Positions 49,884 through 53,557 of a stretch of 53,557 bases of DNA are shown here, in pieces. The first letter of the stretch is position 1, and every line of letters begins with the position of its first letter. The DNA is from Nemertoderma westbladi (taxonomy: Eukaryota > Animalia > Xenacoelomorpha). Both the position numbers and the translations under genes were made by a program. The stretch is taken from NCBI GenBank assembly GCA_032718475.1, contig JAUCBJ010004582.1, positions 1 through 53,557 on the forward strand. The letters run 5' to 3'. Below the pieces are notes generated by a model that did not search any database, was not told the DNA's origin, and saw only the letters and a program-made list of their open reading frames with translations.

Positions 49884-50785
49884 TCTATATGCCAAAACAC
49901 AGTATTTCAGTTTTGAATCACTTCCGGAAAATATGAATAATTGTGTATCTTCGAAGCTATTAAATATAATATTGCATTTGAAATTCAAAAACCAGTTCTC
50001 ATTTACTTCGGAATTCAATATCTAAAATCATATTGTTTTAGGTGATGACTGACAGTGTATATCTGACAGTACATAACCACTAGACTGCATTTCCGGTCTA
50101 TAAATTATTGGCACTAAATATATTCACATGACCGCGTTACTCCATGTTATGCGATGATATATTGATCGTTATCAACTTTAATGCAACGCGATACGATTGC
50201 ATACATTATTCCGTACGCTCACATTTAGTCACATTAGGCCAATTCATATCGGAATGTACATACATAATCTTTCAATTGGGAAGTGAAATTATCGGAATTT
50301 TATAAGTGAAATACCTGGAACTGTAACTATCTTTTGACAGCCAGTTATAATCGTTTAGTTTCAAGACTTCAAGTTTTTTTATCAAAATTTACACAATTAA
50401 TGGATTACGCTGTTAAGGGTCTGAATAGTTCGAAATAAATTTACAAGACTTTTGAGATATATTGTAATATCTATCCCCTTAAAAATCTAAATAAACTTTT
50501 AAGTCGGGGTATAACGTCCCGTCCCCCCTTGTACCATTTTTAAAATGTGACGATCCATCAAAACTCAAAAATTATATTATATAATTTTTAATTAAATTTG
50601 TAATAAGCCATTTTGAATTTTATTAATTATAACTTAACTAATTAAAATCCGGTAATTACACAATATTATAACATTATAAAATGTCATTCCGAGATAATTG
50701 CCTGCCATTTTAAATTAAATATGACACGGAGGGGGAATACCCCCCCCCCCCCCATAGTTTTGGAATACTGTGTTTTGCTATGTAG
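49884..50785. mobile_element. Possible old TIR element
   Basis: CAAAACACAGTATT (~49892) is inverted relative to AATACTGTGTTTTG (~50764). No TSD recognised. Confidence 0.35.
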
Positions 50786-51329
50786 CAACCTCACAACCTT
50801 TATTTAGGCTCAATTTAATGCTATACTGGTTTTCTTTTTTTTTTTGATTTGATACATTGATTTTCTACTACAACCCTCCTGAACTGTTAACCCAAACAGA
50901 CAATTGGATTTGGAGTTATATTATATTATCGCGAGGTATGTTGATGGCATAGGCAAACATACGTATTCATTCAATTGTAGCTTATAGTGGCTTGCTAATT
51001 AATATCTGTAATCGTTGCATGTTTCCTTATTTTATTGATTACATTGTGCCCTATTTATAATTCAATGATTTGATGATTTTGCGTACCGTACATGTTTGTT
51101 TCGTCAGTGTCGTTTGAAAGATTAACATTGCGTCTGCAATTTCGGCCATATTCCATTCCTGTTTTTCTTAAAATTGGTTTAGCCCTATTCCTATTATCTG
51201 CAATAGAAAGATTCATCTGTTTTATATTGAGTTCCGATGAATATTTAGTTATACGAGACCCATACGCCGGGTTCATTGTGTCAAGTACAATGCACACATC
51301 TCCAACCAGACACTATATAACATTGGAGG

Positions 51330-51634
51330 TGTCTCATTGGTTCCCCCAAGCTTGACACTAGAACAAAATCGCCTCCGCTTTGCAGGACATTGCTTTCGCC
51401 GTGAGGACCAGCCAGTGCATAATCTTGTACTTTGGCAGCCTCATGGAGTGAATAAGCATGGTGGACAGCCCATGACTTTCTTGAGTCGCATCTTAAAGGA
51501 CACTGGCCTTGAAGATGCGGATGATCTAGCAAATGTCATGGGTGATAGGGAGTTGTGGCGGTGCAATTTTGTTGACAAGCCGGCACAGCATTCTTAAAAA
51601 TGCAGCTGCGATGCAGCATGCCGATCCTAGATAG
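51330..51634 (+). mobile_element. 5'-truncated RTE-clade LINE fragment
   Basis: RLRFAGHCFRR...LVLWQP...MGDRELWR is an RTE ORF C-terminus, followed by a short 3' UTR with a GCTGC-GAT-GCAGC hairpin. Confidence 0.8.
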
Positions 51635-51679
51635 AACTCATATTAGGTCAACACTTTACCAGCATTTCAGTACAGCAGT

Positions 51680-52250
51680 AAGGGTATTGGCTCTGCATGG
51701 GACGCGATAATATATCTAATGGATAGTGGGGCATGTTGGCTCGGCTCGGGGCGCGAGCGCAATAGGGCATGTTGGCTCAGCTCGGGACGCGATCGCAGTA
51801 GGGCATGTTGGTTCAGCTCGGGACGCGAGAATAAATCTAATGGAGCGCAGGAGGGCGTGTTGGCTCAGCTCGGGTCGCGAGAATAGATATAATGGAGCGC
51901 AATAGGGCATGTTGGCTCGGGGCGCGAGAATCAGAATTGATCAAATTGAGTGTAGTAGGGCGTGTTGGCTCGGCTCGAGACGCGAGAATAGATCTAATGA
52001 AGCGCAGTAGGGCGTGTTGGCGCGGCTCAGGACGCGAGTGCAGTTAGGGCGTGTTGGCTCAGCTCGGGTCGCGAGAATAGATATAATGGAGCGCAATAGG
52101 GCATGTTGGCTCGGGGCGCGAGAATCAGAATAGATCAAATTGAGTGTAGTAGGGCGTGTTGGCTCAGCCCGGTACGCGAGAATATATCTAATGGAGCGCA
52201 GTAGGGGGTGCTTTCTCGGCTCGGGACGCCAGATTAAATCTTATGGAGCA
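51680..52250. repeat. GC-rich minisatellite with mixed ~35-bp and ~52-bp units
   Basis: GGGCRTGTTGGCTCRGCTCGGGACGCGAG(AATAGATCTAATGGAGCGCAGTA) is repeated about 11 times. Confidence 0.9.
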
Positions 52251-53557
52251 CAGTGTTCCTAAATCGGACTGACCTGGTTATTGATAGTTAAATACAGTAT
52301 AATTTCGACCAAAGCATCTCGTTAAGTTGTTTACTACAGTAATTCAAATAAAACGAAATCCGCCAATAAATATTCGCAAATGCATTAAAGAAGGCCCATA
52401 GACCATTAAAAATGTATAAAAATATAGTCTGTTTGTGGTTTTTAATTTAATTTAAATTTTGAAACACTACTTTTTATTTTTGTTATTTTAAAAAAATATA
52501 TTGGATTTGCTGTGGTGCCAGTGTTCCCAAATGGGAACAGATCATTTTTGTGAGAACTATCAGGGAAAATCAGAATCTACAAAGTTTAAGTTCACTCGAT
52601 TTGAAACTGTTTTATGATTTAAAGTCGCAAATACTGTAGAAGATTTAAAATCAATGAAATTATTTCAAACATCAGAATTTATTATAGAATACTAATTGAA
52701 TACTCTAAGCAGTCAGTACTAACTGATATTATCTCAAAATTGAGCTGGAAGTGCAATGAGTTGCTCAGAGTTGCATTTCTTAGTCAAATTTGTAACTGAG
52801 TAATAGTGTAAACGCGTTATGTTGGTGTAATAAAACATGTTGGAGATATACAGTAGAAGGTTGTTACTTGGATTGGCATCCGTTCCTCCCTCCTTATCCG
52901 CATCCGTTCTCTCTGTCTGCGTTCCGCCCATCTCAGTTCCGCCCTTCTACTGTAATAAGTCTATGTATTCTCCGTATACGGCGTTGGCTCTTTAAAGCAA
53001 CTGGACAGAGGGGCTCTGCTCTGCATATACAAGTTGGTTGGAGGAATTGCAAATGTGATGAGAATTATTATAAGAGAACAATCATAAAAAGTTGTAAGAA
53101 AATAATAGAACCCAAAAGATCATACATAAGAAAATAATAATTGTTGCAATTTACTGTAATATAATAAATTATCATAATCAATATTTTAGCTTAATAAATT
53201 AAATATGTTGAAATCGGCTTGTATAGGCCTACTTTTCATTTGGTTACGCGTAGGTATCATTATAGGTAGGCCTATGATTGGTGATTGGTCTATGACTGAA
53301 CGTTCTTACAAATTACTTTACTTTAGTATTGCACTGTATTTGAGGAAGGTATTATACTGTAGTTGGAGAAAGGTGCGTCACACAAGTTACTTTGCTCTTA
53401 TCGTTAATACTGTAGGCCTATAGTGTTACATGGTGGGGACTACTGCATGCTTGCTCAAGGTTTAAAACCAAATAGCTTAACCCTATTATGGCGATTAATC
53501 CTCGCCTAGAGTTTTCCAACTGAATGACGTTATAAATCGTCAAAAAGTCAATGACAC

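Noticed and set aside
53477-53557. TTAA-CCCTATT possible piggyBac-like left end pairing with position 470
   Set aside because: The match is too short, and the two ends face outward, so they cannot bound one element. It cannot be assessed at the window edge.

Overview
AT-rich animal (probably invertebrate) genomic DNA. Bases ~1-37,000 are a stack of nested, mostly decayed transposable elements. A minus-strand BEL/Pao LTR retrotransposon (5' LTR ~36426-36934, gag-pol to 27045) appears to continue on the far side of a ~20.5-kb inserted CR1/L2-type LINE into a hairpin-repeat array and a decayed accessory ORF resembling a DEDDy 3'-5' exonuclease (~5389-4556). The LINE is itself interrupted by two Helentron-like (HINE/DINE-1) elements and by a young, non-autonomous plus-strand BEL/Pao element (12633-25191; 1162-bp LTRs; CTAAC target-site duplication, TSD) that carries its own unknown extra ORF. 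The minus-strand pol is split by a 2.4-kb foldback hAT-type element with an 8-bp TSD, which contains a tRNA-derived SINE. A second LINE at the left end begins with a 2A-like NPGP peptide. The right part holds minisatellites, MITEs (including a MULE-type element with a 9-bp TSD), RTE remnants and the only clear host genes: two intronless, nearly identical RhoA/Rho1 ORFs. All calls come from reading motifs by eye; no database searches were run.
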